A stretch of 64,000 bases of DNA from Azolla caroliniana (lineage: Eukaryota; Plantae; Polypodiophyta): the NCBI GenBank assembly GCA_043228905.1, contig JBHGNT010000071.1:1-64000 (forward strand), given 5' to 3'. Both the position numbers and the translations under genes were made by a program. The notes under the pieces are model-generated. The model was given only the letters and a program-made list of their open reading frames with translations, had not been told where the DNA came from and searched no databases. Below, in pieces: positions 39,401 to 55,042 of the stretch (positions are counted from its first letter, which is position 1; each line of letters opens with the position of its first letter).

Positions 39401-42400
39401 TTCTGGGGTAAATGAGTCTTCAAACTGTTGTTTTTCTAACAACATAGAAGAAGATAGGCCTAAGAAACTGTGGATTTTCTTTCTATTGCAGTTCCTCGGA
39501 TTTGATGCTAGTAGTTTTCGTCAAACTAAAGAGAGTGGTGTTTTGAGTATAAGAGAAGCAAGGCTCATGCTTAGGCGTAGCTGTGAGTGAGGGTGAGACT
39601 TCGTAAAGACCAATGGTTATAACCTTAAAGAGATTCATTTTGATACTTTGTTATAACCAAGAAATCATGAAGTGGGAAGATTAGTCATTACAATCAAGAA
39701 CTCATCAAGTGGGAAGGCCAATCGTTAATTAAAGTGTTCACATGTGTAAAAAGCCTCTCTACCCAGGTGAAACCTGAACCCAGGTGCCCATGAAACATGT
39801 GCTCACACCAAATCTCTTAAAAAAATGGTCAAGTACAACTGTTTGATCAAGTGAATAATTTCGTATAGATATTTTGTGAGGATGGTTACTTAGTAGAAGA
39901 TGGGCTATATTTTTACTTAGCTCAAAATGTAAGATTTTGTACAAATCTCAGGTTGTTAATAATGTATGCCTTCTCATTTCAGGATATTTTGCTTTCTCGA
40001 CAACAGTTTCTTGGGGAAATGGAGTGTGTTCTATCCCAGGTATTGTAAACATTTGAAGAGATAAGATTCTATATGTAAGAGAAATTTAAGAGGGCACAAT
40101 GTAGATAATGAAATATGATAGACAAAGGTATTTCAAATAGTTCTCGATGGAGAAGAATGGTTGAGATTTAGTTCACACTCACTGGAAAATAACTTTGTTA
40201 ACAGAATCTCTCTTTTAGTATCAAATGTAAGATATAATCCTTTTTATACTTTGTGCAATATTGAAAATTGATATAATCATCGTGAGGAAGTTGAACACAA
40301 CTTCATTTATGTTTAAAATTGGCTTTGTAATTTCTTTCTCTGCAAAATTGCTTTATTAATTATTTCTGATGTTTGCTGGGAGTTCAGAAGGATTGTATCA
40401 TTGATTCCCAGCAACAATTTCTAATGGCTAACCCATTGCTTGCTGGAAATTCACAAGAATTCTATCTTTGACTCCCGACAACAAGAATTCACAAGAGAGC
40501 TTCTGTGAGTAGTTGTCTTTATATCTGTAAATGAGCAACTAGTTTTGCATCCGCTTAGACTTCTGTACTTCAGGCAGGGAGGTTTCATTTTCCTCTGCCG
40601 CTGAACTTTTGGCTTCAATACTTTCTACTCAAACTAGTAATGCTATTGTATCCTTCTTCAAATTAATTTGCACAACATTTTCTTTTTCTTTTGGGCCTCT
40701 ATTCAAAGAATCCACAGAAAAAGAGTTGCAAAAGAAAATAAACGTCGTATAAATGGATTTTAATGAGTATTATTGCCCATTTTAGAATAAATAGTATTGA
40801 AGCCAAAAGTTCAGAGGCAGAAAAGAAGCAGACCTGCTTGCCTAATACAAAAGACTAAAGGAGACTTCAAAATGACTTACTCCTTTACAGCTATCAAGAT
40901 AACTTTCTATACGAGGAACATGTCTCTGTGTAAAAAATCTATAGGATTGTCCATGGGTATCACACATGAATTGGATTCATGAATCACTTGCTTTCAACTT
41001 GATGCATGTCCTATTCATGTGTGTTATAATATTTATCCTTAACTTTCATCATTCATCTCCGATGTTTATTTATAGATTGCAACATTGCAATATTCGTGAT
41101 TTCACATATTTTTACATTAGTTTAGAGGCGCCATTCATTCTAAATAAACTAGATAAATAAATTGTAGAATGGATGTTAGTAGTTGTAGTTTGCTAGTAAT
41201 TGTTCCATTGGTGATAGACATTTATCATAGGCAATCTCAAGCACAATATGCTAGAGTGACATTATTAGAAAACCTTTCTCATCTTTCACATTTCAGATAT
41301 ACAAGTCTAGGTAATTCATGTTAAGTTATAATCACTTGTTGTATCTCATAGAGTCCATTTTACCTTTTAAAAGACATAACTTTCTTTCTCTCAAAGAGTT
41401 GCTGTCATAATCAATATCGTGTTCTAAAGTATAAATGTTGCATACCAAAATTTCTTTACTTCAGTTTTCAAAATATCAGTATCCAGCAGTGCGCACCCCA
41501 TGCCACATTCTCCGTCTGGTACATCCTCAGATGGGTTCTTAGATATGCATTTCATACTTGTATACATGATGCATATGATTGGTGAGGTTTAGAGCACCCA
41601 TCCTGCCTGTCCTAGACCTCAAAGTCCTTGGTTATGCATAACTTTATAATATCTGTTTATTTATGTTTATCTATTGTATCTTTTCACTTTTTTCTGGATA
41701 CCCAAAGAATATACACACTTCTACTTGATTTGTTGGAGAGGCTGGTTCTGAAACTTGAGGACACTTTGGCTGCCACTCTAGGGAGGGATGTTGACCATTC
41801 TTCTGAGCCATGGATTTCTATGACCAGAGATTTTTGGTGTTGGCTCTATTAGAGATCTATATATTTAGAGACTTTCATGAGTATATGGCCAGCGGTCTGT
41901 ACAGACGCAGATTTTAGATTTCTGTAGAAGGCTGTGCACTATGCCTAGAGACATCAGAAAAACCTCAACCAATACCTCATAGGGAAATATTTCTCGACTG
42001 AGCAGTTCATTTGGCTCACTCCAGGTGGGGTATTTAACCTGGCAAACATAATTGGATTTTAGAAAGAGGTGCATCAAGTGGGGGATAAACTATATTACTC
42101 TTAATAGATATTAAAATAGGTGAAGTGTTTTGGTGATGGTTGTTCATGTTATGCATTCATGTAGGAAAAAGCGAAAAAAAATTCTGAAATAAAGAAAAAA
42201 TGTATGGTGATTAGAATCAATGCATGCCTGTCATTGCAGATTGCAACATCAGGAGAATGTATAACCAGGGCCTTGCAACCTATGAATGACCTGACGATGC
42301 AAGCTGGTGGAATGCCTGACCTTGGTGTGCTCACTGTGAAGGCTGAGGAGATGGCCAGCTCGAAATGCATTGTTGTGATCACGGTTGATTGTTCAAATCT

Positions 42401-45400
42401 TGAAAATAAAGATGTCTTTACAAAGAGTGTGAGTTTCGTATATAATATATGAACTCTTGCGTTTGTTTAATTTCATGTATTCCTGATTTTCTTCAAGATT
42501 CCTGATTTTTATTTGTCACTAGGATCCCTTCTTGCTAATAAGTAAGCAGCTGGAGGATGGATCTTTCAAGCCAGTGTATAAGTCAGAAGTAAAGAACAAT
42601 ACCTTGAACCCTAAATGGAAACCAATAAAAACAAACCTTCAGCAGCTGTGCAATGGTGACATGGTACTGCATATCTTCATGTTATCATTTAAAAGATTAC
42701 ATATTGCTTTATGCACCGACCTATTTCTATGGGATTGTTCAGGACTGCCCACTGAAGGTTGAATGCTTTGATTTTAACAATAATGGAAAGCACAACTTGA
42801 TCGGGTGAGGTGAACTAAAGCTAACAATGTTGGATTTGTTACTTATGCAACATTGCTAATCCATTTCATGTGATTTGAATGTGTTGGTCTCAGTGCTTTT
42901 GTGACAAGTATAAGTAAACTGCAAACCATGGCATACAATCAAGCAAACACCGTAAATCTGGAACAACACTTTGGTAGAAATCAGCAATTGAGTAAGGTGT
43001 TGCACATATTGTTACACATACTTAATGCTAATAACTTCTCAGTTGGTGAAATTGAGCAAAAATGGTGGTTTAATTGGGGTATTACTGTCCTCTTGAAATT
43101 CCTTATGCTGGTTCTGTTGGTGAGATTTGATCATTTATTTGCTGGTTACAATGGTGATGAGTTGTGGTTGTGGCCCACATGCACCGCACATTGCTATTGG
43201 CTGATCTATTGTAACCTCTGTAGAGTGTCTTGGTCAAGAATCCACTTGTGTAGTTCTTGATTGACTAGCAGCTTGAGGAGTGATGTGGCTAAAGAAAGTT
43301 ATGATTGTCCTCCATTGACAAACTTTTGTGGTTATATTGCTGTCCTTCCACAACTTCTCTCTATGTCTCTTAAGTTTTGGTAGGAACAGTCCCAAGCACC
43401 AGTTATCTTTGTATTCCATGATCTTGCTAGTGGGCAAAAGCCTTGTTTGAAGAGGCAGTTTTATCTCCTCTTATTGTATAAAAAATATGACAGTGGCAGG
43501 CATAATGTTCTTTGGATTCCACCCTGTGGTGTATCCATTCTTCCATAGGTTTACATACATATCTGCCTGTGTTAATTTCTAACTAATGCGAAGTGGCCCT
43601 GAGCTGCCATATCACACTATGGAGCACATGTAGTAGATGTGTATATATATAAGAAGGCGTGATTATAAATCCATCCAGTGACATGTATAAAATGAGTGCC
43701 TTGTAGTGGCCGTCTACCTACCAATAGAATTTATTTGCCTGATCCATACTCTTTCATTTTCCAATTTATCATGGGGCGTGATGCTATTATGCAAGCAATC
43801 ATCAAGACTGAAGAAGTTGTGGGCAAATTGTATTTGCCAATTCCATTACCCTCATTGCATTAGTGTCTTGGTTATTTGGATGTGGCTCAGTGTCCAAGGC
43901 TGGAATTCCTACATTTTTTCAATCCTATATGCTGGGAAATGTATTTGGATCAATGCAAACTGGGTTTTCAAGGGCATTTGAAACATTAGAGTTTCTTTAG
44001 CACATTTTGGAATGAGTAGTTTTCCTTAACTAAATCTGAGGAGCTCTACTATGGCTGGAAGACAAATGATGAGGGCTTAGGAATGACAAATGGTAGAATG
44101 CCATTTTCACAAATTCCTATTTATAAACACTGACATCTTAAGGAAAACAAAGGATTTATAAAAAAAGTTGCAAAAGTTTGACTTTTATACAATAATTTTA
44201 TGTAACTTACACAGAATGGAACTTCACTGAATTTTCAAAAGTGCACAAGGAAGCCACCTTATTGTCAGGTAACATATTGTATTGGTGGACCACATCGTTG
44301 GATCAAGGTCAAGCATCTTCTTCATGGCTTGAATTCAAACAAGATTTCTTTTCTGTGTGGTTGAGAAACATTTTTGAAGTGGATGCCATGATGGCTTGGC
44401 ACAAGTTGGATGCAGGAAATTATCAAAATGTAGAAGTTTTGAGAAACCTCGTTGCCTATTAGCTCCTTTACAAAGAAATCAGGAACTTCTTTACAGATTG
44501 AACAGATTGAGACATATTATTACAATTTGCCTGAAGAAATCAGGAACTTCTTTACAAAGACTAATGTGAAAATATTTATTATTTGCTCCATTGGTGAATT
44601 TTCAAGGACATCTGAGAGTCATATTTGGAAACATTGAAAGTCTTTATTCAACAGATGGATACAATGTTGCCTTATATGTATGACAATGTAATATGTCAAC
44701 CCAAATACATGCTTGATGGATCATATGTCAAATGAGGATTTGGTTTTTGTGTTATTAGCTTGAACAACTCATAAAGTTGCAGCTCAAAAAAATCATGAAG
44801 GCATTACTTTCACAGCACATACTATAGGTAGGTGATGTGGTTTTGTTTATCGTAGTGAACCACATTCAAGGGCTGATATAGAAGCATGTGTTTGTCTTGT
44901 CATTCCTTGGATGTCTCAAGAGGCTGTGCATCATGTACTATGGATACTTGTTCTTATTGTGATGGCACTGCCCCTAGTCCGTAAAAAGTATGGTATTTTC
45001 ATAAATCCAGCGAGTAACAAAGATATTAGTGACAAAAGTATCTGCCTTCCAAGTTTGGGAGCCATCCTTATCATTTTTCTATAAGACTAATGCAACCCAC
45101 TTGTAATTCCCAGTTCAAAATCTTTGAATTATATCAGAAACATGTAATTTTTCTCTTCACTACCTTTATATTATTATTGTATGAACATGGGTATTTGTTT
45201 TGTGGATATTGGATTTTCGCTTTGGCAGTTCTACTAATCTAGTCATATTTATTCTGGTGCGTTCTGAAAGATGAGGCAACATTTTGAGATGTTACCTGCC
45301 ATTCACACTAATTGGCCATCTTGACCACCTGATAGATGTTAACATGTATTTCTTTCATGCTTTCTTATGTCTTTTGATTAGAGGACAACTACATGCTCCG

Positions 45401-48400
45401 AGTTTTTAGTTTTTAGAACGGCACAGCTCAAAATCCCGAACATTTACATCTCTTAGACAGTTCTACTAGTCTAGCAATATTTATTCTTGTGTGTCTTGTT
45501 GTCTTATAGATCAACTTGGTCTCTTAAAAATGTTAATATATATTTCTTTCATGCTTTTGTATGTCCCGAACATGTATTTCTCTTAGGCAGTTCTACTAAT
45601 GTAATAATTCTTATTCTGGTGTTTTCTCAAAGGTTAGACAATATTTTAAGATGGTGTCTATCGTTCAGACTTATTTAGGTCATCGTAGCCTCTTGAAGAT
45701 GCTAATATCATGCTTTCTTATGTCCTTAGATTGGAGGACAACTACGTGTTCGGGATTTTCGTTTGTTACAACGGCACAGCTTTTTGGATTATATCCAGAG
45801 TGGATTTGAATTAAGTTTCTTGGTGGCTATAGACTTTACTGGTAAGAGCCTTCACTCTCCTCCTTACAAAAACCCCTTATGATCAATTCATTTATATGAG
45901 TAGGGCATGGTAATGCGTGAGTTCAGTGAACTTTCATTTTATTATCCATCTTCATAAGAGCTCTACTTGGCATCGGCATCTCCATGATGTCATTTTTTAT
46001 GAGTCTTTCTCTTCTGTAATTTAGTTCTCTTGATGTCTCTGTGAGTGTTTGATCAAACTTCTGACAAAACATATGAAGACATTAGTAACCTGTTTGATAA
46101 ATGAGAATCAAGATAATCTTTATAAATTAGAGGGAGAAGTATCAAGATAATCAAGATGATGGAGAGGGCAATTAACTTTCTTTGGATTTTACATGAAAAA
46201 TATCTCCTATATTGCCATGTAAGTACCAGTGCCCTCCATTTCTTAGCCTATTTCATTACCTCTTAGCTATTGGGGCAGCATGGCGTGTGTTTATTCTCAT
46301 TATTTTATCAGCAACCCATGGAAATCTACCTCTACTTTTATAAATAATTTTTTATCTGGTTCAGTTCTGGTTACATGAGAAACATAGGCACCATTTAGAT
46401 CTTGTGAATGCTTTAATATGCTGTCTCTTGGCCAGGGATAAGGGCCTCCTTTTCTGCATTTCCTGTCATCCCTGAAGGGCAGAAAAAACTTTTAAATGTA
46501 TCTTAAGTGTGTGTGCTCAATCAAGGCTTAATTGATTGCCTTTCACTGACCAACCAAGGCATGATACCTCCCCTGCACTTTCCCTAATTCAGTGATCCTT
46601 CGTTTAGCTTGGATGAGATAGTTTGTCTAATGTCTTTCGAATGAGGCCAGATTGTCCTCATCATCTTGTGTATGCACTAATATTGAATATGGTCATTAAT
46701 GACTAATACTAATGATTGATAAAATGTAAAGAACATGTAGGCATTCTTAGGGTATGGATCTGTGTTATGTAGTGGCAATATGATTATGCTTGTGAAGTTT
46801 ATGATATGTAAGCATTTCGAAGCATTATTTATTGTGATTGGCACTACATATCACAAATCCATACCCTAAGCACTTTTACTACATTCAATGCTTTTCATCT
46901 AGGAGTGTGAGCAGTTCTGTTATGATCTTTTTGCTCTTCCGAAATCTGTTGTTGTAATGTTTATTGCTTCCGCATTTCATATGTATTTTGCAGCTTCAAA
47001 CGGAAATCCACACCAAAGAGATTCACTACATTATATTGATCCTTCAGGACAACTTAATGCATATCAAGCAGTACGGATGATAAATTTCCCGTCGCATATA
47101 TATTTTTAATGTTTACACTATTTGATGTTGTGTTCTATGTAAATTTAGGCTATTTGTGCTGTTGGTGAAGTGTTGGAATACTATGACTCAGATAAGCAGT
47201 TTTCTGTATGGGGTTTTGGTGGGAGGCCCACTGAAGCTGCCGTTGTTTCCCATTGCTTCAATGTCAGCAGGCATTCAGATGAGGCAAGATAATTCTTTGA
47301 TTCTATTTTGATATAATTGTCTCTCCACAATTTTTGAAAATGATTCAATGAAGACAGCCATTATTTCTTGCTGTACAGGTTAGTGGAGTTGAAGGAATTT
47401 TGCAAGCATATGTGGAGCGAATTCACAATGTACATTTGAATGGTCCCACACTATTTGGCCCTGTTATTCACAAGGCAGCTTCAATAGCTCAAGAATCAGC
47501 AGCTAGAAAAATGCAAAAATACTATGTCCTGATGATTATCACTGTAATGTCTTCTTATTCACAGTTTACAGTACAACATTATAGGTTTAAATAAACTTTT
47601 CTGTGGGGAATTCATATTTAACAAATTTGTATGTTTCATTGTCAGGATGGTATTATTACAGATTTGGAAGACTCTATCAATGCATTGATACTGGCATCCT
47701 CTCTTCCCTTGTCTGTGGTGATAGTTGGTGTTGGTGGGGCTGACTTTACAGAAATGGAGGTAAATCTTCACCTTCGTGTGTGTTGCCCTCTAAAATTCTG
47801 ATAACGTTTATTGTTTAACTGCTAAGCTTATTGATGATGTAACCAATTTAAATATTCCCAGTTTTGTGGGGCTGCTTTTCTGTTTAACCAGTAGTAAAAG
47901 GATCTTTGTCAGGAAAGCTATGTGTGACGGTCAATCCCTGAACATGTTTTCTCCCAAATCAGTAGACAGTGTATCTTTTCTATGCAAGATAAGGTGACTG
48001 TCACACTCATTGCTTATTTATTTGCATAGCCATACATTCTATTCCTTCTCTGGAATTAGGCGATGATAGAGAAAGCATGTTGGATTGGATAGCTAGCACA
48101 AATGTATCTTTCATCACTCTTTTCTATGCCTATTCTACCACAGTTTGTATCAAATTTAGCTTGTTTACCTGCCTATTACCTTGAGTAGATTTCAATTGGA
48201 ATATTTATTCCTCGTTCCTGTGCTGCATGAGAAGCCAAACATTTGATCATAGAGTGTAAAATCGTCCATCTTTAATAACTGAAGAAAATGATATATGCGT
48301 ATCATAAGATTATATATTGAATTGAGAGGAAGCATTTGGAAGGAACATAAATGATGGTGGTAAGGGTGTGTTTGGCAGTATTTGGATGCAGATCGAGGAA

Positions 48401-48643
48401 GGCTTCAATCCTCTGATAGAAGGAAGGTCGCAACCCGAGATATTGTGCAATTTGTACCAATGAGAAACGCGACAAGTTAGTACCATTAGATAACACTGCT
48501 AATTGAAACTCACATATCATTACCTTACTCTAATTTCATGGCTTATTTCAGGTGCAGTTTCTCTTGCAAGCATGCTACTGGCAGAGCTTCCCGGACAGTT
48601 TTTGGAGTACATGGAAATCCAAAAGATTTCACCAATAGGCTAA
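36409..48643 (+). CDS. BON: Copine / BONZAI family protein (two C2 domains + vWA), 16 coding exons
   Basis: Exons 36409-36546, 37397-37444, 37560-37708, 37791-37839, 39983-40039, 42240-42428, 42523-42663, 42743-42804, 42894-42996, 45730-45841, 46994-47070, 47149-47283 (GC donor), 47379-47543, 47646-47759, 48379-48475, 48552-48643. Motifs: N-terminal MGAC (acylation signal), [80 protein letters not shown]. Confidence 0.95.
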
Positions 48644-49367
48644 TGTGCCGGAAATGAGAGTGTTGTATTGGCTGTCTTCAATGAAAGGGTTGTGTGGTTT
48701 TGGTGTATTGATGTATTCGATGAACTGCCACTAGGCTGTTTCAACTGTGGTTTTAATGTTAATAATGTCGGGACCTTCTAAACAGTGTAAAGCATGACAT
48801 GGTTACTTGTATTTGGCATGTTTACAGACTGAGGAAGCTCTTAAGTTATCAGGAGTGATTTGGTTGGTCATTAATATTTCAGGTTCATGGTTTTGTATTT
48901 TGTTTTGAATCAAGCTATGGACATGAGAAGTTCTTATTCAGTTAAAACTAAACTAGGATAATAATTAAACTTGAGTCAACATTATTAAATGGTATCATTG
49001 TAATACGTGGGGTGTATAGATCGCATATTAGGGATGTAGATCACCTGTTAAAGGAAATAAACACTTACTCCAAATGTATTCATCATGATGTTATTCCTAG
49101 GAATCTTGGATTTTGTGTTGATCTTAAATGTGTGGAAGGATTTGTGTATGAAGTTCAACGATAATGCAAGGCAACCATATTTATGCTCAAGGAAACTATA
49201 GTTTGATAAAAAACAATATTATGAATCTTGAAGTACTTTATGAGTTAATGTAATCAAAAGGGAAACTGTCAAGGTAATTTGCAAGCATAAGATGTTGGAA
49301 AAGCACAACAATTTCTCTATGCCCACTAGGAAGCACATTACACATGTAAACTATGGATAAACCCTAT

Positions 49368-50383
<1,016 letters not shown>

Positions 50384-51884
50384 GATTGTTAGATTTTTTA
50401 TGCATTGAAAGGATTTCTATGAGCAATCAAATGATGTGTCATTGTTCTCTTTCATAAATGGTTCCTAATTTACAATTGAGAATGTGTGCATTGGGCTACG
50501 TAAGGCAATAGTTATCATTAATTGTTAGGCTATCTGGGGAAATGCCCCCCTTATTTTCATAATTGTGAGAATACATTGCCCTAAAAATACAAAAAGATGG
50601 ATGGAAAAAAGAAGGCGCTCCATTCAGCATTGTTCTAGCACCACACCACAAATTTCTGCACCATTGCCACTTGTGATCGGGTGTCCAACAATTTGTGATG
50701 GAATGTATCCCTAAGGAGTCCAATTAGTGATTGTGATGATACTTCCATTTCACATTTGTGTTCTAATACATTGTTATAACAATTTTGAATTACACATCTA
50801 TGCATCTCAACGAAATAGCCCTTTCCATATTATCATCGTAGAAACTTACCTATAGATGGTGTAACAAACAAAGAGAAAAAGAGAGCTATGTCAAAATCTA
50901 CGTCTCTTTTTATTTACTGAGTATGCATGGGCTTTGAAAGATGGTTTTAAATTTAAGAAATTAGAATTGTAACCATGATTTCAATGATTTAATTGTATAT
51001 TTAGGCAGAGCACTACGTTACATCTTAAACAATTGTTTTTATTTTATTTTATTTCCCAAAAAAACTCCTTCCATTAGTTATAAAATTTTGCATATGAGAG
51101 TGTTACATCTTAAACAATTTAACATAGCGTTGTATGCTTTCATGAATAATCTTATTAAGTTATATCATGCTCTCTTGTCTTTATCTCATAACACTTAGGT
51201 CATAGATGTATCAAATGACCAGAAAAAATCACTTTGAAGTTATGCCAATGTTACTCACAACCTTTTCATTCTCATACCATATTTAAATGGAAAGAGGAGT
51301 ACAATAGATTGCTACAATAAAAACTCTATTGTCTTCTAATGAATATCTATGTTGGCTTTGTTAAAATTCAATTACTTTTTCCTTTAACAAAATCATCAAA
51401 GTTCATGAGTTTAATCAAAATCATCCATGAAAGTGAAGGCCAAAGGTAAATAGTAACATCGCTTCCAATATAACCTATCATTTGAAGGACAACTATTGAG
51501 ACCGCGATATCTCAAACTTCGAGCAAGGGATTGTCAATACTTCCATGACATATGCCAATATCAAGAAGATTTTAATCAATCACCATATCTACATGATAAC
51601 CTCCTAAGGTCTTGCGGATACACATGGTTGAACTGAAACTTGGCAAGTTTATATTTGTTCATTGTGTTGTCTGCAAGTATTGTGACAAGATGTCATCACA
51701 TCCGTCCCTCCCATATTAGGGTCACAACTTTTATTTCTCGTAATTATTCAATCAAAGGTCTTTTTGAATTATCACATGTCAATTTTGAGAATAATATAAA
51801 TTTTATTATTCCTTAACGTGAACAAGTGTGGCAAAGGTCATAATGTCAAAAAGTCAATATACAATAAGTAATGAAAGCAAAAAA

Positions 51885-54005
51885 AAGCAAACCTAACACG
51901 ATGAATAACCATGGTTAGGGTAGAATCAATGCCATATTATATATACAAACAAACTGACTCTATATGTCTATAGAAAGATCATTTCTTGCTTTTGGAAGGC
52001 TACAAAGTTTAGTTTATGTTGGAATAACACGATACACCCTCTGACAAGCTTGACCAAGCCAACAAAGCATGGTCTAGGAGCAAACCACATTTAAGGTTGA
52101 GAACTAACAAAGGTTGAGGCAGAGGCCAAACTATGGTTAACTTAACAACCGTCTATAGTTATAGAGGTAAGATTATTTTTCAAAATTTATGGTTGCGAAC
52201 TTCTCATTCATGTAAAGCAAGCCTTGGATACTGACAACCAACACAAAGTTAAATAACATGGAATAAAGCAAGAAAAACAAATCTTGACCATGGCCACATG
52301 AATCTAATCATTATGGTTTGTTTGTTGCTTGATTACATTGGTTAAGCTCATACGTAAGGTAGAAAACAATACTTAGTCTCGGTAAAAATGGGTAGAGAAT
52401 TGCTAAGGACAGGTGTGGCTGTTACGCCAATAGCTTGTAAAATTTGGAGACTTGGTAATGTACAAGACTCTTAGTTGGATGCTTATTGGAAATGGCTATG
52501 GGCCATGCAAATTCCTAAAAAGTTGTATTATTTAGATGGTTGTTGATACATTATGGCATTCCTATGAAGTCATCGATGCAAGGGCATTGCCATGATCTAA
52601 AATGTGATAGTTGTGGTTCTCCCATTGAATTGGTTCACCATGTTTTATGGATATGTCCTGTTGCTGGAGCAGTTTGGAAAAGAATGTTGAGAATTCTATA
52701 TCCCATTTTTGGTAAACGTGTACACATGGGGTTTTGTGAGATGGGGAAGATTGGCTGAAGAAATATAGAATTATGAAAAAGAGATTTTCTTCTCCTCTCT
52801 GATGGAAGACATGTATTGGAGGTCTCTTATACTACAACAATCCATTGTTTGGAAGAGGACAAGGCATGGTATACGATATCTTCTTTAGTAGTTTGGGTAT
52901 TGTGGAAGGCAAGATGTAAAAGTGTATTTCAAAAAGTCAAACAAAATGAGGTTGAGTTAATCAAGGAGATATGGTTAATGCTCCTACACACTCAAAGAAG
53001 TCAATATGAGGCAATAACAAGTGAGCCTGAAGGTGTGATTCGTAAACAACAATTTCGAGAAATTTGGAAAAATGTAGTGGTTTTGGAAGGACCTTACATG
53101 AGGGCTTTTGATGCTTGACATGTTGGTTGATGTGGGTATGAGGGTTATAATTTACTATATGAATTCGTTGTAGCCTTTGGGCATCTTTCCATTAAAACCA
53201 ATGTGAATCTTTATTTTTATTTTTATTTAAAAAAAAACTTAGTCAAGTTAACTTGAACTTAACGATGCTTTGTTTCATAATCTTATTGATGGTTAGAACA
53301 ATGAAACAAACTGTGGTTAGGTAGAAAATAAACGATGGTGAACTAACTTGATAATATAACCATGGTTTGCTTGTTTTCTATGCATACATTGACAACAATG
53401 AAACAAATAATGGTCTACATAAGAACAAGCCACTATCAATCTTAACCATGGTTAGGATGATAAAGCAAACCATGGTTAGGGTAGAAAATAAACCATAACC
53501 AACCTAACTTGTTAGCACAACCATGATTTGTTTATTTTCTATGCAAATCTTGACCTTGGTTATAATAAAACATAAAACAATATTGTCATGGTTACAATAG
53601 AACATAAACCACAGTCAACCTATCTTGCTAGTTTAACCATGGTAAGCTTTATGAGAAAATCTTGACCATGGGTAGAAAACCGTCCACTACCATGGTTAGC
53701 TAGGAAAAAACAAGCATGGCCAAACCTAAGTTCATAGCTCAACCATAGTTACGATTATAAACAAGTTAACAACCATGGTTAATCTAAACTTGCTTGCATA
53801 ACTATGGTTAAAATGATGACCAAACCATGGTCAGCATTGTGATTAAGTAGAAAATTATGGTTAGCATTGTGATTAAGTAGAAAAGTATGGTTAGCATTGT
53901 GATTAAGTAGAAAACTAATTGTGGTTAACCTGAATTGCTAACTTAACCTTGGTTTGTTGATTAAGCAAATCTTAACCATGGTTAAGTTAAGAAGTTAGGG
54001 TTTGG
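51885..54005. repeat. Degenerate minisatellite-like array rich in the palindrome AACCATGGTT, interrupted by a LINE
   Basis: Many variants of aaccatggttagggtagaaaataaacc...aacctaacttg at 51885-52378 and 53245-54005, including 3 x 30-bp atggttagcattgtgattaagtagaaaa at about 53826-53914. Confidence 0.8.
52379..53236 (+). mobile_element. 5'-truncated L1-type LINE (zf-RVT ORF2 tail) with poly(A) and TSD
   Basis: ORF fragments CDSCGSPIELVHHVLWICPVAGAVW (CCHC zf-RVT) and WVLWKARCKSVFQ. Poly(A) at 53229-53237. TSD ACTTAGTC at 52371-52378 and 53237-53244. Confidence 0.9.
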
Positions 54006-55042
54006 ATCATACAGCAAACACATACATGATACAAGCAAACATGTTCACATACATACATGCATGCATACATACATACATCAATACATCCATAGAGAGAAAC
54101 AGAACAGCTGATGATGGCATTGTTTCTTGTACCCTTTGAACCTTAAAACAGCACAGAGAAGCAGAGAGAATTAACCCTAATTTCACACAGGGTTCTGCAC
54201 AAAGCAAATGTTCTTCACTGACACTTCATGGAATAGCAGGTGGGTGTTATAATTGTTGCTGTGGACATAGAAAAAGAAACGCAGGCAGAGAGAGAGAGGG
54301 AGAAAGAGAGGGAGAGAGGGGAGAGAGGGAGGGAGATACAAAGAGATGGACAATAAAGAAGAAGGAACAAGGTGAGTCTTTCTGCTCTTGTCCCCTTTTT
54401 CTCTAGATCTGATCCCTTTAGGGTTTCCATCGCGTTTTTCATTTTAGTGGTTTTTGTTATTCAGAGATGAAAATGAAACATAAAATTTCTCAAGTTTTTG
54501 AGAGCCTCTGTTTTCATGGCACCGATTAAACCCATTTCTCTGTAATTGGGTCTTTTGTTTCAGGCATTTTTATACCCTTGAAAAAGTGATCCAACAGAGA
54601 TGAAGAAAGAAGGAGATGAAGAATCAGAAGAAGAAACATTAGTCTGTTGGATTGTAACTGGGAAGAAGATCATTGAGCCTGAGAAGCCACAGCAAAGAAG
54701 CTTACTTGAAGACAAAGAAGAATTAGAGAAAAGGAATAAGCAGAAGAAATAGAAGATTAGAAATGATTGTAAAAGAGAAGAACTAATAGTGTAATGGAGT
54801 ATATTATGGAATAAGCTCTTCAAACCCTAGAGATTGCTGAGAAGAAGCTAAGAAGAACAGCAGTAATAGTATTATAACAAAGTATAATAGAGAGTAATTT
54901 CCTTGAGCAAGAGAGATCATAAAGAAAAGCCTTGGTTGTAGTAGAAGAAGAAAAGTGTATAATCATGGAGGCTAAAAAGGAAGAAACAAAGCTTGTTTGA
55001 AGAAAGCAGAGAAGAAGGCTTTGAAGAAGAAAGAGTCTTGTA

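Noticed and set aside
47830-47942. Intronic C/D box snoRNA (TGATGA ... CTGA) in a copine intron
   Set aside because: No terminal stem and no recognisable rRNA antisense element. Such boxes occur by chance in AT-rich introns.
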